A stretch of DNA of 64,000 nt from Spartobacteria bacterium (GTDB lineage: Bacteria; Verrucomicrobiota; Verrucomicrobiia; Chthoniobacterales; UBA6821), in assembly GCA_947482345.1 (NCBI GenBank), contig CANKJN010000001.1, positions 1,558 through 65,557 on the forward strand, read 5' to 3'. Under the pieces are notes generated by a model that saw only the letters and a program-made list of their open reading frames with translations, was not told where the DNA came from and made no database searches. How positions within the stretch are numbered: position 1 is the first letter of the stretch; every line of letters begins with the position of its first letter. This document shows, piece by piece, positions 56,956-64,000 of the stretch. Both the position numbers and the translations under genes were made by a program.

Positions 56956-57822
56956 ATGCCATCAGCAGCCGTCGCCTACCTTGGCCCCGAGGGGACCTTC
57001 TCGCATCTCGTGGCGTTGCGCCGTTATCCCAAGGGAAAGGGCCTTCCCTGCGCAACCATCAGCGAAGTCTTCCACGCCGTGCGATCGGGTGCCGCGGCAT
57101 CCGGCATCGTGCCTATTGAGAACTCCTCCGGGGGAACCATCACCGAGACGGTCGATCTTCTCATCGAGGAGGCGGGCCATCTCTTTGTCACGGAGGAACT
57201 GGCCCTTGATGTGCGGCTCGCGCTGCTTGGGAAAAAAGGGGCAAAGTTTGCCGCCCTGAGAACCCTTTATTCCCATGTCATGCCGCTCCGCCATCATCGG
57301 GAATGGATCCTACGGAATCTGCCGGGCGTCACGATGATCGAGTCTTCCAGCACGGCCGAGGCTGCTAGGAAAGCCGCACGCTCCGCCACCTCGGCCGCCC
57401 TGGCGGCCCCCGGAGCCGCCGCGCTCTACGGTCTCTCCATCCTGAAGTTCCCCGTCCGTCCCGAGGCGGTGAACGTGACCCACTTCTTCGTGATCGCCGC
57501 AGCGCCTTCGACTTCCAAGGTCGCCGCAAAAGCGCCCGCTTCCGGAAAAACCCGCTGCAAGACCGCCATCGTCGCGGCGCTTCCGCAGACATCGGGAAGC
57601 CTTCACCGTTTTCTCGGCCCGTTCGCCCGAGCCGGGGTGAACCTCTGCCGCATCGTCTCGCGTCCCGTACCCGGGCAGCCTGAGACCTATGTTTTCTACC
57701 TCGAGGTCGAGGGGGCGGAGGCCGAACCGAAGGTCCGCAAGGCGCTGGCCGGTGCGCGCAGGCTGTCGGTCCGCCTGGAGATTCTGGGCTCCTGCGCGAC
57801 CCGCACCCGTTACCGATCATGA
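56956..57822 (+). CDS. pheA: Prephenate dehydratase (PDT plus ACT domains)
   Basis: Start at MPSAAVAYLGPEGTFSH. GIVPIENSSGGTI. C-terminal ACT-like segment. Confidence 0.9.
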   Translation: MPSAAVAYLGPEGTFSHLVALRRYPKGKGLPCATISEVFHAVRSGAAASGIVPIENSSGGTITETVDLLIEEAGHLFVTEELALDVRLALLGKKGAKFAALRTLYSHVMPLRHHREWILRNLPGVTMIESSSTAEAARKAARSATSAALAAPGAAALYGLSILKFPVRPEAVNVTHFFVIAAAPSTSKVAAKAPASGKTRCKTAIVAALPQTSGSLHRFLGPFARAGVNLCRIVSRPVPGQPETYVFYLEVEGAEAEPKVRKALAGARRLSVRLEILGSCATRTRYRS

Positions 57823-57893
57823 TTGCCCGGAATGCTCACCACAGCGTTCTTGCCAAACACCCTTTCTTTGCCAAAACAACAACCACGCATCCC

Positions 57894-59060
57894 ATGATCA
57901 CGGCACGTCTCCACATCACCCTCCTCCTGCTTCTCCTCGCACTTGTTGCCGGCGCGCCGATGGCCACGGCCGCCGAGGCGCCGACCATCACCGTCCGCAA
58001 GAGCGATGCCCTGAACGTAGCATTCTCCGGCATCGGCGGCAGCGACGGGGCGGCCGTTTCGAAGGTCGTCCAGAACGACCTTGGCCTCGCCGGATGGTTC
58101 GCCCTCGTGCAGCCCGGCATGGCCAGCTTCACCGTCAGCGGCACCGCGGCCGGCGGCGTGCTGCAGGGGAAGGTCACCAAGGGAAACGAGGTCGTTCTCT
58201 CCAAGAGCTACAGCGGTTCACCCCGGGTCGCCGCGCACAAGTTCGTGGATGACATCGTCGAGACCCTCACCGGACACAAGGGCATCGCCTCGAGCACCAT
58301 CGCCTTCATCAGCAACCGTAGCGGACGCAAGGAAGTCTACCTCGCCGACTACGACGGTGCCAACGGCCGCCAACTCACCCATGACAACGGCCTGAGCGTC
58401 TCACCGGCCCTCAGTCCCGACGGCCGCAAGCTCGCCTACACGGGGTATCAGGCCGGCTACGCCGACATCTACGTCATCGATCTGGCCACCGGCTCCCGCG
58501 TCCGTCTCGTGAAGTTCCCGGGCACCAATTCCGGAGCACGATTCTCGCCCAACGGCGGCCAGCTTGCCTGCTCCGTCAGCAAGGACGGGAATCCCGAACT
58601 CTACATCATCGGCCTCGGCGGCGGTGCGCGCCGGCTCACCCGCACCCGCGGTTGTGAATCCTCCCCGGCATGGTCCCCCGACGGCGGCGAGATCATCTAT
58701 TCCGGCGACGAGAGCGAATCGCCCCAGCTCTACCGCATCGGTGCGGGTGGGGGTGGCGGACGGATGATTCCGACCGGGTTCGGATACTGCACCGAGCCGA
58801 GTTGGTCTCCTGACGGCCAGCGCCTCGCCTTCAACGTCCGCTCCGGCGGAGGGTTTGCCATCGCCGTCATGGATCTTGGCAGTGGCGGCGGTGGGGCCCG
58901 CATCGTCGCCCAGGGCGAGAACCCCGTCTGGGGCGCCGATTCCCGCCACCTCGTCTACAGCACCGGCGGCACCATCTCCCTGCTCGATGTCCCGACCGGA
59001 AAGTCCACGCCCGTCGTGAGCGGCCTCGGCAAGGTTACCGAGCCCACCTGGTCAAGGTAG
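57894..59060 (+). CDS. TolB-like periplasmic beta-propeller protein
   Basis: Start at MITARLHITLLLLLLALVAG (signal). Repeated propeller blades: SPALSPDGRKLAY, ARFSPNGGQLAC, SPAWSPDGGEIIY, EPSWSPDGQRLAF. Confidence 0.8.
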   Translation: MITARLHITLLLLLLALVAGAPMATAAEAPTITVRKSDALNVAFSGIGGSDGAAVSKVVQNDLGLAGWFALVQPGMASFTVSGTAAGGVLQGKVTKGNEVVLSKSYSGSPRVAAHKFVDDIVETLTGHKGIASSTIAFISNRSGRKEVYLADYDGANGRQLTHDNGLSVSPALSPDGRKLAYTGYQAGYADIYVIDLATGSRVRLVKFPGTNSGARFSPNGGQLACSVSKDGNPELYIIGLGGGARRLTRTRGCESSPAWSPDGGEIIYSGDESESPQLYRIGAGGGGGRMIPTGFGYCTEPSWSPDGQRLAFNVRSGGGFAIAVMDLGSGGGGARIVAQGENPVWGADSRHLVYSTGGTISLLDVPTGKSTPVVSGLGKVTEPTWSR

Positions 59061-59140
59061 CGCGGTCTGATTCTCTTTGGATCGTTCACTCACTCCCTTC
59101 AGTCTTTAGCCCATTCCTTTCATCCTCTTGGCTAGCCCGA

Positions 59141-59163
59141 CCGTTGCTTCGCATCCGTTACGG
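59141..59163. repeat. 23-nt dispersed motif (copy 2, inverted)
   Basis: CCGTTGCTTCGCATCCGTTACGG is the reverse complement of 19425-19447 with one mismatch. Confidence 0.6.
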
Positions 59164-59268
59164 ATCCCTGTGAATCTTTCCTCCTGCGGTCACTCCGCCT
59201 TCAGCCTAAACCCCTTTTACCTTTTTATAGTTGCCAAGTAGCCCTCACTCTGAAATCTTCCAGCCCCC

Positions 59269-59484
59269 ATGCCAAAAGCCATCGCCCGCAGCAAAACCAA
59301 GAAGTCCGTGGCCAAACGGTTCAAAATAACCGCCACGGGCAAGGTCGTCCGTTCGAAGGCCGGTCGGCGTCACCTTCTCGAGTCCAAGAGCTCCAAGCGC
59401 AAGCGCAAGCTCGGCAAACAGGTCGTCGTTGACGACACCGATGTTGCCCGTGTGAAGGCGTGCCTGCCTTTCGGTCTCAGGTAA
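59269..59484 (+). CDS. rpmI: 50S ribosomal protein L35
   Basis: MPKAIARSKTKKSVAKRFKITATGKVVRSKAGRRHLL... Confidence 0.95.
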   Translation: MPKAIARSKTKKSVAKRFKITATGKVVRSKAGRRHLLESKSSKRKRKLGKQVVVDDTDVARVKACLPFGLR

Positions 59485-59620
59485 AACGACCAGAAACCAT
59501 ACGATCCGAGGATCTGGCCGGAAGTTTTCCGGTCTGCCCGGGCGGGTGAGATCCCGGATCGAACAATAACAAACAGCCTGCCCGACGAGGCCCTTCGTGT
59601 CACAGCGAAGGGAATGACAG

Positions 59621-60007
59621 ATGCCTAGAGCCACCAATTCCCCCGCAAGTCGCGCACGCCGCAAGCGGGTCATCGAAGAGGCCAGCGGATACCGCGGCCG
59701 CCGTTCCAAACTCTTCCGCTACGCGAAGGATGCCCGCATGAAGGGCAAGTACTGGGCGTATCGCGATCGCAAGACCCGCAAGCGTAACGTCCGCTCCCTC
59801 TGGATCGTACGTCTCAACGCCGCCGTCCGTGCCCAGGGTATCAGCTACAACCGCTTTATCGAGGGTCTCAAGGCCGCCAACATCCTGCTCGACCGTAAAG
59901 TCCTTTCGGACATCGCGATCCAGGATGAGGGTGCCTTCGCCCAGATCGTCGCCAAGGCCAAGTCCGCTTTCGAGGCCAAGCCGAAGACTGCGGCCAAAGC
60001 AGCCTAA
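59621..60007 (+). CDS. rplT: 50S ribosomal protein L20
   Basis: MPRATNSPASRARRKRVIEEASGYRGRRSKLFRYAKDA...WIVRLNAAVR. Confidence 0.97.
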   Translation: MPRATNSPASRARRKRVIEEASGYRGRRSKLFRYAKDARMKGKYWAYRDRKTRKRNVRSLWIVRLNAAVRAQGISYNRFIEGLKAANILLDRKVLSDIAIQDEGAFAQIVAKAKSAFEAKPKTAAKAA

Positions 60008-60049
60008 GCACCTTAAGGCAGACCCCGGGCTTTCCCCCGGAAACATTCC

Positions 60050-61063
60050 GTGGAAACCCAGATTGAACAGCTCAGGCTCGAGGCGCTCTCCGCAGTCGCG
60101 GGAGCGTCCGACGCCTCGGCGCTGAAGGAGGCACGCGTACGCTTCCTCGGCAAGACCGGTTCCGTCTCGCTGCTCAGCGAGGGAATGCGCAGCCTCTCCA
60201 AGGAGGAGCGCCCCGTCATGGGGAAGCTTCTCAACGACCTGCGCACCGCCGTCACGGCAGCCCTTGAGGAGAAGGAAAACGCCCTCACCGCACAGGCCGA
60301 CGCAGCCGCGTTCGCTTCCATCGACGCATCCCTTCCGGGCACGGCTCCCGAGGCGGGGTCGCTCCACCCGCTCACTCTGCTGGTCGACCGCGCCGTCCAG
60401 ATCTTCCGCCGGCTCGGCTTCGCCATCGCCGACGGCCCCGACATCGAGACCGAGTGGCACTGCTTCGACGCGCTGAACACCCCTGCCGACCATCCCGCGC
60501 GCAACGAGCAGGACACCTTCTATCTTCCCGACGGGCGGCTTCTCCGCACCCACACCTCCTCGATCCAGATCAGGACCATGGTGGCCAATCCGCCCCCGAT
60601 CCGCATCATTGCTCCCGGCGCCGCCTACCGCCGCGACGAGGTCGACGCCACGCATCTGGCCCAGTTCACCCAGATGGAGGGACTCTATGTCGCTCCCGGC
60701 GTGAGCCTTGCCGACCTCAAGGGGACGATCGAATTTTTCTTCCGCGAGCTTTTCGGATCCGGCACAGAGATCCGGTTCCGCCCCCACTTCTTCCCCTTCA
60801 CCGAACCGAGCTACGAGATTGATCTGCGCACCGAGGCGCTCGGCGGCAAGTGGATGGAGTTGGCCGGCTGCGGCATGGTCGATCCCGCCGTCTTCGAGGA
60901 GGTCAATAAGCAGCGCGGTGACAGCGCCTACGATCCGGAGAAGGTGAGCGGCTTTGCGTTCGGCTTCGGCCTCGACCGCCTCGCCATGAATCTCACCGGC
61001 GTCTCCGACATCCGGATGCTCACCGAGAACGACCTTCGTTTCCTTTCGCGATTCACGGCATGA
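60050..61063 (+). CDS. pheS: Phenylalanine--tRNA ligase alpha subunit
   Basis: 337 aa, GTG start. HPARNEQDTFY, LRTHTSSIQIR, FRPHFFPFTEPS, GCGMVDP. Confidence 0.96.
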   Translation: METQIEQLRLEALSAVAGASDASALKEARVRFLGKTGSVSLLSEGMRSLSKEERPVMGKLLNDLRTAVTAALEEKENALTAQADAAAFASIDASLPGTAPEAGSLHPLTLLVDRAVQIFRRLGFAIADGPDIETEWHCFDALNTPADHPARNEQDTFYLPDGRLLRTHTSSIQIRTMVANPPPIRIIAPGAAYRRDEVDATHLAQFTQMEGLYVAPGVSLADLKGTIEFFFRELFGSGTEIRFRPHFFPFTEPSYEIDLRTEALGGKWMELAGCGMVDPAVFEEVNKQRGDSAYDPEKVSGFAFGFGLDRLAMNLTGVSDIRMLTENDLRFLSRFTA

Positions 61064-63426
61064 AAATTTCCCTCTCCTGGCTGCGGGACCATCTCCGCAC
61101 CGACAAACCGGCCTCCGAGATCGCGCGGATCCTGACCGATGCGGGTCTCGAGGTGGGGGCCGTCGAGTCCAACGGCGTCTCAACCGCCAAGGTGGTCGCC
61201 GCCCGGATCCTCGAGTCGGTCCAGCACCCGAATGCCGACCGCCTCAGCGTCTGCAAGGTCGATGACGGGAGCGGAACGCCGCGCCAGATCGTCTGTGGCG
61301 CCAAGAACTACAAGGTCGGGGACAAGGTGCCGCTCGCGCAACCCGGCGCCGTCATGCCTGGTGACTTCAAGATCAAGGTCGGCAAGCTTCGCGGCGTGGA
61401 GAGCGAGGGAATGATGTGCAGTTCCAAGGAACTGGGTCTCGGCGAAGGCGCCGATGGGTTGCTTATTCTTGATCCCGCGACCACGATCGGCACACCGCTG
61501 ACCGAGCTGTTTCCCGCCGAGGAGGTCTTTGAGATCGAGATCACGCCGAACCGTCCCGACTGGCTCGGTCACCTCGGCGTCGCCCGCGAGGCCGCCGCGT
61601 TCGGCTGCGGGGAACTGATCAGTCCCGCCCCCTCCCTTCCCTCCACGAAGGAGGATGCTTCCATCGCCGCCATTGCCGCTCACGACGCCTCCTCCTTCTA
61701 CAGCATCCGCCGCATCGAGGGTGTGAAGGTCGCCCCCAGTCCCGAGTGGCTCCGCAAGCGGCTCGAGTCCGTCGGATTGCGTCCGATCAACAACATCGTC
61801 GACATCACCAATTTCGTGATGTTCGAGACGGGACAGCCGCTTCATGCCTTTGACGCCGGAACGGTAGCGGGAGCATTGGGCGTCCGCATGGCCGCCGAGG
61901 GGGAGAAGTTCACCGCTCTCGATGGCTCGGAGCATCAGCTGACGCCCTGCGATCCCGTCATTGCCGACTCCAAGGGAGCTCAGGGGGTTCTTGCTTTGGC
62001 TGGAATCACCGGCGGCAAGGCGAGCGGGGTGTCCGACGGCACGACCTCCATCCTGCTGGAGAGCGCCGTCTTTACGCCCGGTATCATTCGTCGCGCCGCC
62101 CGGGCTCACGGACTCTCGACCGATTCCAGCTACCGCTTCGAGCGCGGCGTGGATGCCGCCGGTGCTCTTGCCGCTTCGGCGCGCGCCACCGCACTCATCC
62201 TGGAGGTCACCGGTGGAAACGCCTCCTCCGAACTGGCCGTCGCAGGATCGCTTCCCGCACCGCGCGTGGTGACGCTGCGGGGTGACCGTGTCCGATCGCT
62301 CCTCGGCATCGATCTTGATGATGCCGGCATCGCCGCTCTTCTTGCCAAGCTGGGTCTCAGGCAGGTCACGGATGGCTTTGAGATCCCCGCCTGGCGCAAC
62401 GATCTGACCCGGGAGGTGGACCTCATCGAGGAGGTAGCCCGCCTCCACGGAATCGGCAACATCACCTCCCGTCTCCATGCGGGGGCCGCCCTCTCCAGCG
62501 AGGCAGACCGTTCCTATGACTTCGCGCTCAGCCTGCGCCGCCGACTTGCCGGAGCGGGATTCCACGAGGCCCGTAGCGGCACCCTGACCGGGAGCCGCGA
62601 CCAGGAAGCCTTCTCCACCGGAGGCGTGATCGCCGTCCGCAATCCGATGGGCGAGGAACACTCGACGCTCCGTGGCAGCCTGATCCCCGGCCTGCTTGAT
62701 TCCGTGGCCCGCAATCTCCGTCACGGTGCCGAATCGGTCCGACTCTTCGAGATCGGCCGCGTCTACCAGACCCCGGAAAAGAACAAGGCCGAAGAGCGCC
62801 TCCGTCTCGGCCTCGTGATGACGGGGCGTGTTCATGGTGAAAACTGGCGCGGAGAGCCCGCCCGCCCGCTCGACCTCTTTGACCTGAAGGGCGTGCTTTC
62901 CCGGTTTGGTGCCGTCACTTTCCGCGCCGCAAGCCATGCACGGCTTCCTTTGGCTCTCGAGATCCTGATCAGCGGCAAGCCCGCCGGTCTCCTCGGCATC
63001 CTCTCACCCGCCGATGCCCGCGAGGTGATGGTCGGCGGTCATCAGGGTCAGATCCTTGTCGCGGAACTGGATCTCGCACCTCTGGAGAAATCCTCAACCG
63101 CCGTCGTCTCCAAGGGGACCGCCGCCCTTCCTAAGTTCCCCTCCGTCCGCCGCGATCTCGCGCTACTGCTCGATGCCGCCGTGCCTTACGCCGTTGTCGA
63201 GGAGTCAGCCCTCGCCGCCAAGGAGGAGCTGCTGACCGGCATCATTCCGTTCGACATCTTCAGCGATCCGAAGGGTGAAAAGGTTCCTCTTGGCAAAAAG
63301 TCCCTGGCCGTTGCCTTGACTTTCCAGCACGCCGACCGAACCTTGACCACGGAAGAGGTGAACGATGCGCTCGCGCGGATCGTCACCCGGCTTCGGGAAT
63401 CGGCAGGTGCCGAGATCCGCGGCTGA
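61060..63426 (+). CDS. pheT: Phenylalanine--tRNA ligase beta subunit
   Basis: 788 aa. MKISLSWLRDHL, tRNA-binding domain (HPNADRLSVCKVD), B3/4 and B5 domains, C-terminal FDX-ACB. ATGA overlap with pheS. Confidence 0.96.
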   Translation: MKISLSWLRDHLRTDKPASEIARILTDAGLEVGAVESNGVSTAKVVAARILESVQHPNADRLSVCKVDDGSGTPRQIVCGAKNYKVGDKVPLAQPGAVMPGDFKIKVGKLRGVESEGMMCSSKELGLGEGADGLLILDPATTIGTPLTELFPAEEVFEIEITPNRPDWLGHLGVAREAAAFGCGELISPAPSLPSTKEDASIAAIAAHDASSFYSIRRIEGVKVAPSPEWLRKRLESVGLRPINNIVDITNFVMFETGQPLHAFDAGTVAGALGVRMAAEGEKFTALDGSEHQLTPCDPVIADSKGAQGVLALAGITGGKASGVSDGTTSILLESAVFTPGIIRRAARAHGLSTDSSYRFERGVDAAGALAASARATALILEVTGGNASSELAVAGSLPAPRVVTLRGDRVRSLLGIDLDDAGIAALLAKLGLRQVTDGFEIPAWRNDLTREVDLIEEVARLHGIGNITSRLHAGAALSSEADRSYDFALSLRRRLAGAGFHEARSGTLTGSRDQEAFSTGGVIAVRNPMGEEHSTLRGSLIPGLLDSVARNLRHGAESVRLFEIGRVYQTPEKNKAEERLRLGLVMTGRVHGENWRGEPARPLDLFDLKGVLSRFGAVTFRAASHARLPLALEILISGKPAGLLGILSPADAREVMVGGHQGQILVAELDLAPLEKSSTAVVSKGTAALPKFPSVRRDLALLLDAAVPYAVVEESALAAKEELLTGIIPFDIFSDPKGEKVPLGKKSLAVALTFQHADRTLTTEEVNDALARIVTRLRESAGAEIRG

Positions 63427-63433
63427 ACCTTCG

Positions 63434-63470
63434 AACCATGAACATGGTTGTCGTTCTCTAAATTTTTGAA
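63434..63470 (+). terminator. Possible weak intrinsic terminator after pheT
   Basis: AACCA-tgaaca-TGGTT hairpin followed by gtcgttctctaaattttt. The stem is short and the T-tract is interrupted. Confidence 0.3.
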
Positions 63471-63670
63471 TTTGCCCTGCGGTGTTCGGGATTCGGTCTG
63501 TATGCTCCCGATCCGATGTGATCAAACCGGAGGCTGAACCGCGCGGAACAATGACAGGCCTTCACTGGAGGTCAGCGGTCCGCTCGGAGGTCTCCACCCT
63601 AACCTATATTGGGAACGGGATCGCGACCTAACGGCACCGCGGGGCATCTCTTTGGCGCTGGCTGGGACTT

Positions 63671-63706
63671 TTGGCGAATAGCGGCGCATTGTTGCCGCTC
63701 TCGCTT
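63671..63706. repeat. REP-like motif TTGGCGAATAGCGGCG..TTGCCGCTC..GCTT
   Basis: Resembles 34858-34886 (TTGGCGGATAGCGGCGTTGCCGCTCGCTT) with small indels. Both contain the AGCGGC/GCCGCT hairpin. Confidence 0.5.
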
Positions 63707-63805
63707 CCCGCGGGTAGCGCCCTGAAGGGTCTACGCAAGCATAGAATATTCCAGCCGTTTCCACGGCCCAGTATTCACTCGCCTTAGGTTTACTACGGCT
63801 TCGCT

Positions 63806-63829
63806 CTAGGGAACTGCTGATTAAATCCC
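63806..63829. repeat. Dispersed motif CTAGGGAACTGCTGATTAAATCCC
   Basis: GCTGATTAAATCCC is identical to 46626-46639. The CTAGGGAA-NN-GCTGATT core is shared with 33343-33362 and 46656-46677 (reverse complement). A spacer-less version lies at 22405-22425. Confidence 0.55.
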
Positions 63830-64000
63830 ATTCAGGCCGCTGTTGAGCATTTGCCAGTTTTCCAAGGCACGAAGCGTAGCGGCAATGCCCACAGTGGTCT
63901 CGTCCCAGCAAGCAACCCAGGAAAACGGGCAAAGGTACACAGCCCAAAGGGTTGCGGAGATCCAAGCCAAAGGCCAGAAAGCCGTTGGCTTCGTGGCGTG

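Noticed and set aside
59600-62937. 527-aa and 585-aa minus-strand ORFs (59600..61183, 61180..62937)
   Set aside because: Antisense to rplT, pheS and pheT. Shadow-ORF composition.
63522-63965. 147-aa minus-strand ORF at the right end
   Set aside because: Cys/Arg/Ser/Pro-rich with no motif. It overlaps REP-like repeats and sits in an apparently intergenic, repeat-rich region. No support for coding.

Overview
The window is 64 kb of a high-GC bacterial chromosome. Gene content suggests an aerobic PVC/Verrucomicrobia-like organism, but I cannot verify taxonomy here. All functional calls come from reading motifs in the supplied translations and in my own translations of unlisted frames. No database search was run.

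Layout:
1. **1-952:** 5' part of an APC-type permease gene that runs off the left edge.
2. **1.07-19.2 kb:** one tightly packed minus-strand respiratory super-operon of about 18 kb. It holds alternative complex III (actABCDEF), then a cbb3-like trio, then an aa3-type oxidase (coxB, coxA, ctaA, ctaB, coxC), then assembly factors (SCO, DUF420, a CCGG-repeat protein). In the cbb3-like trio the CcoN homologue appears to have lost every canonical heme/Cu ligand, while CcoO and a monoheme cytochrome c look intact.
3. **19.5-26.2 kb:** housekeeping genes (DUF192, pdxJ, purH, MsbA-like ABC exporter, prepilin peptidase, gmhA).
4. **26.2-33.5 kb:** a lower-GC sugar-acid island encoding a non-phosphorylative fucose-type pathway with a split UxaA dehydratase.
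5. **34.9-40.1 kb:** an AT-rich accessory island. It contains tiny lipoprotein/membrane genes missing from the ORF track and a three-gene module with Zorya type II architecture (MotA-like protein with coiled-coil tail, MotB/OmpA-like protein, HNH nuclease). It also contains a ParE/RelE-type toxin-antitoxin pair bracketed by 29-bp direct repeats.
6. **40.1-64 kb:** uvrD, purN, L27/L21, tRNA-Leu(GAG), a nuoB-nuoC-rnd operon, prmA, slyD, a thiC locus, marR-tolC-pgeF, pheA, a tolB-like gene, and L35/L20/pheST. The thiC locus carries two 98-nt identical TPP riboswitches, one of them in front of a TPP-dependent decarboxylase.

Several short repeat families recur in intergenic regions. Many of the longest ORFs in the track are antisense shadow ORFs of this high-GC DNA and are rejected.
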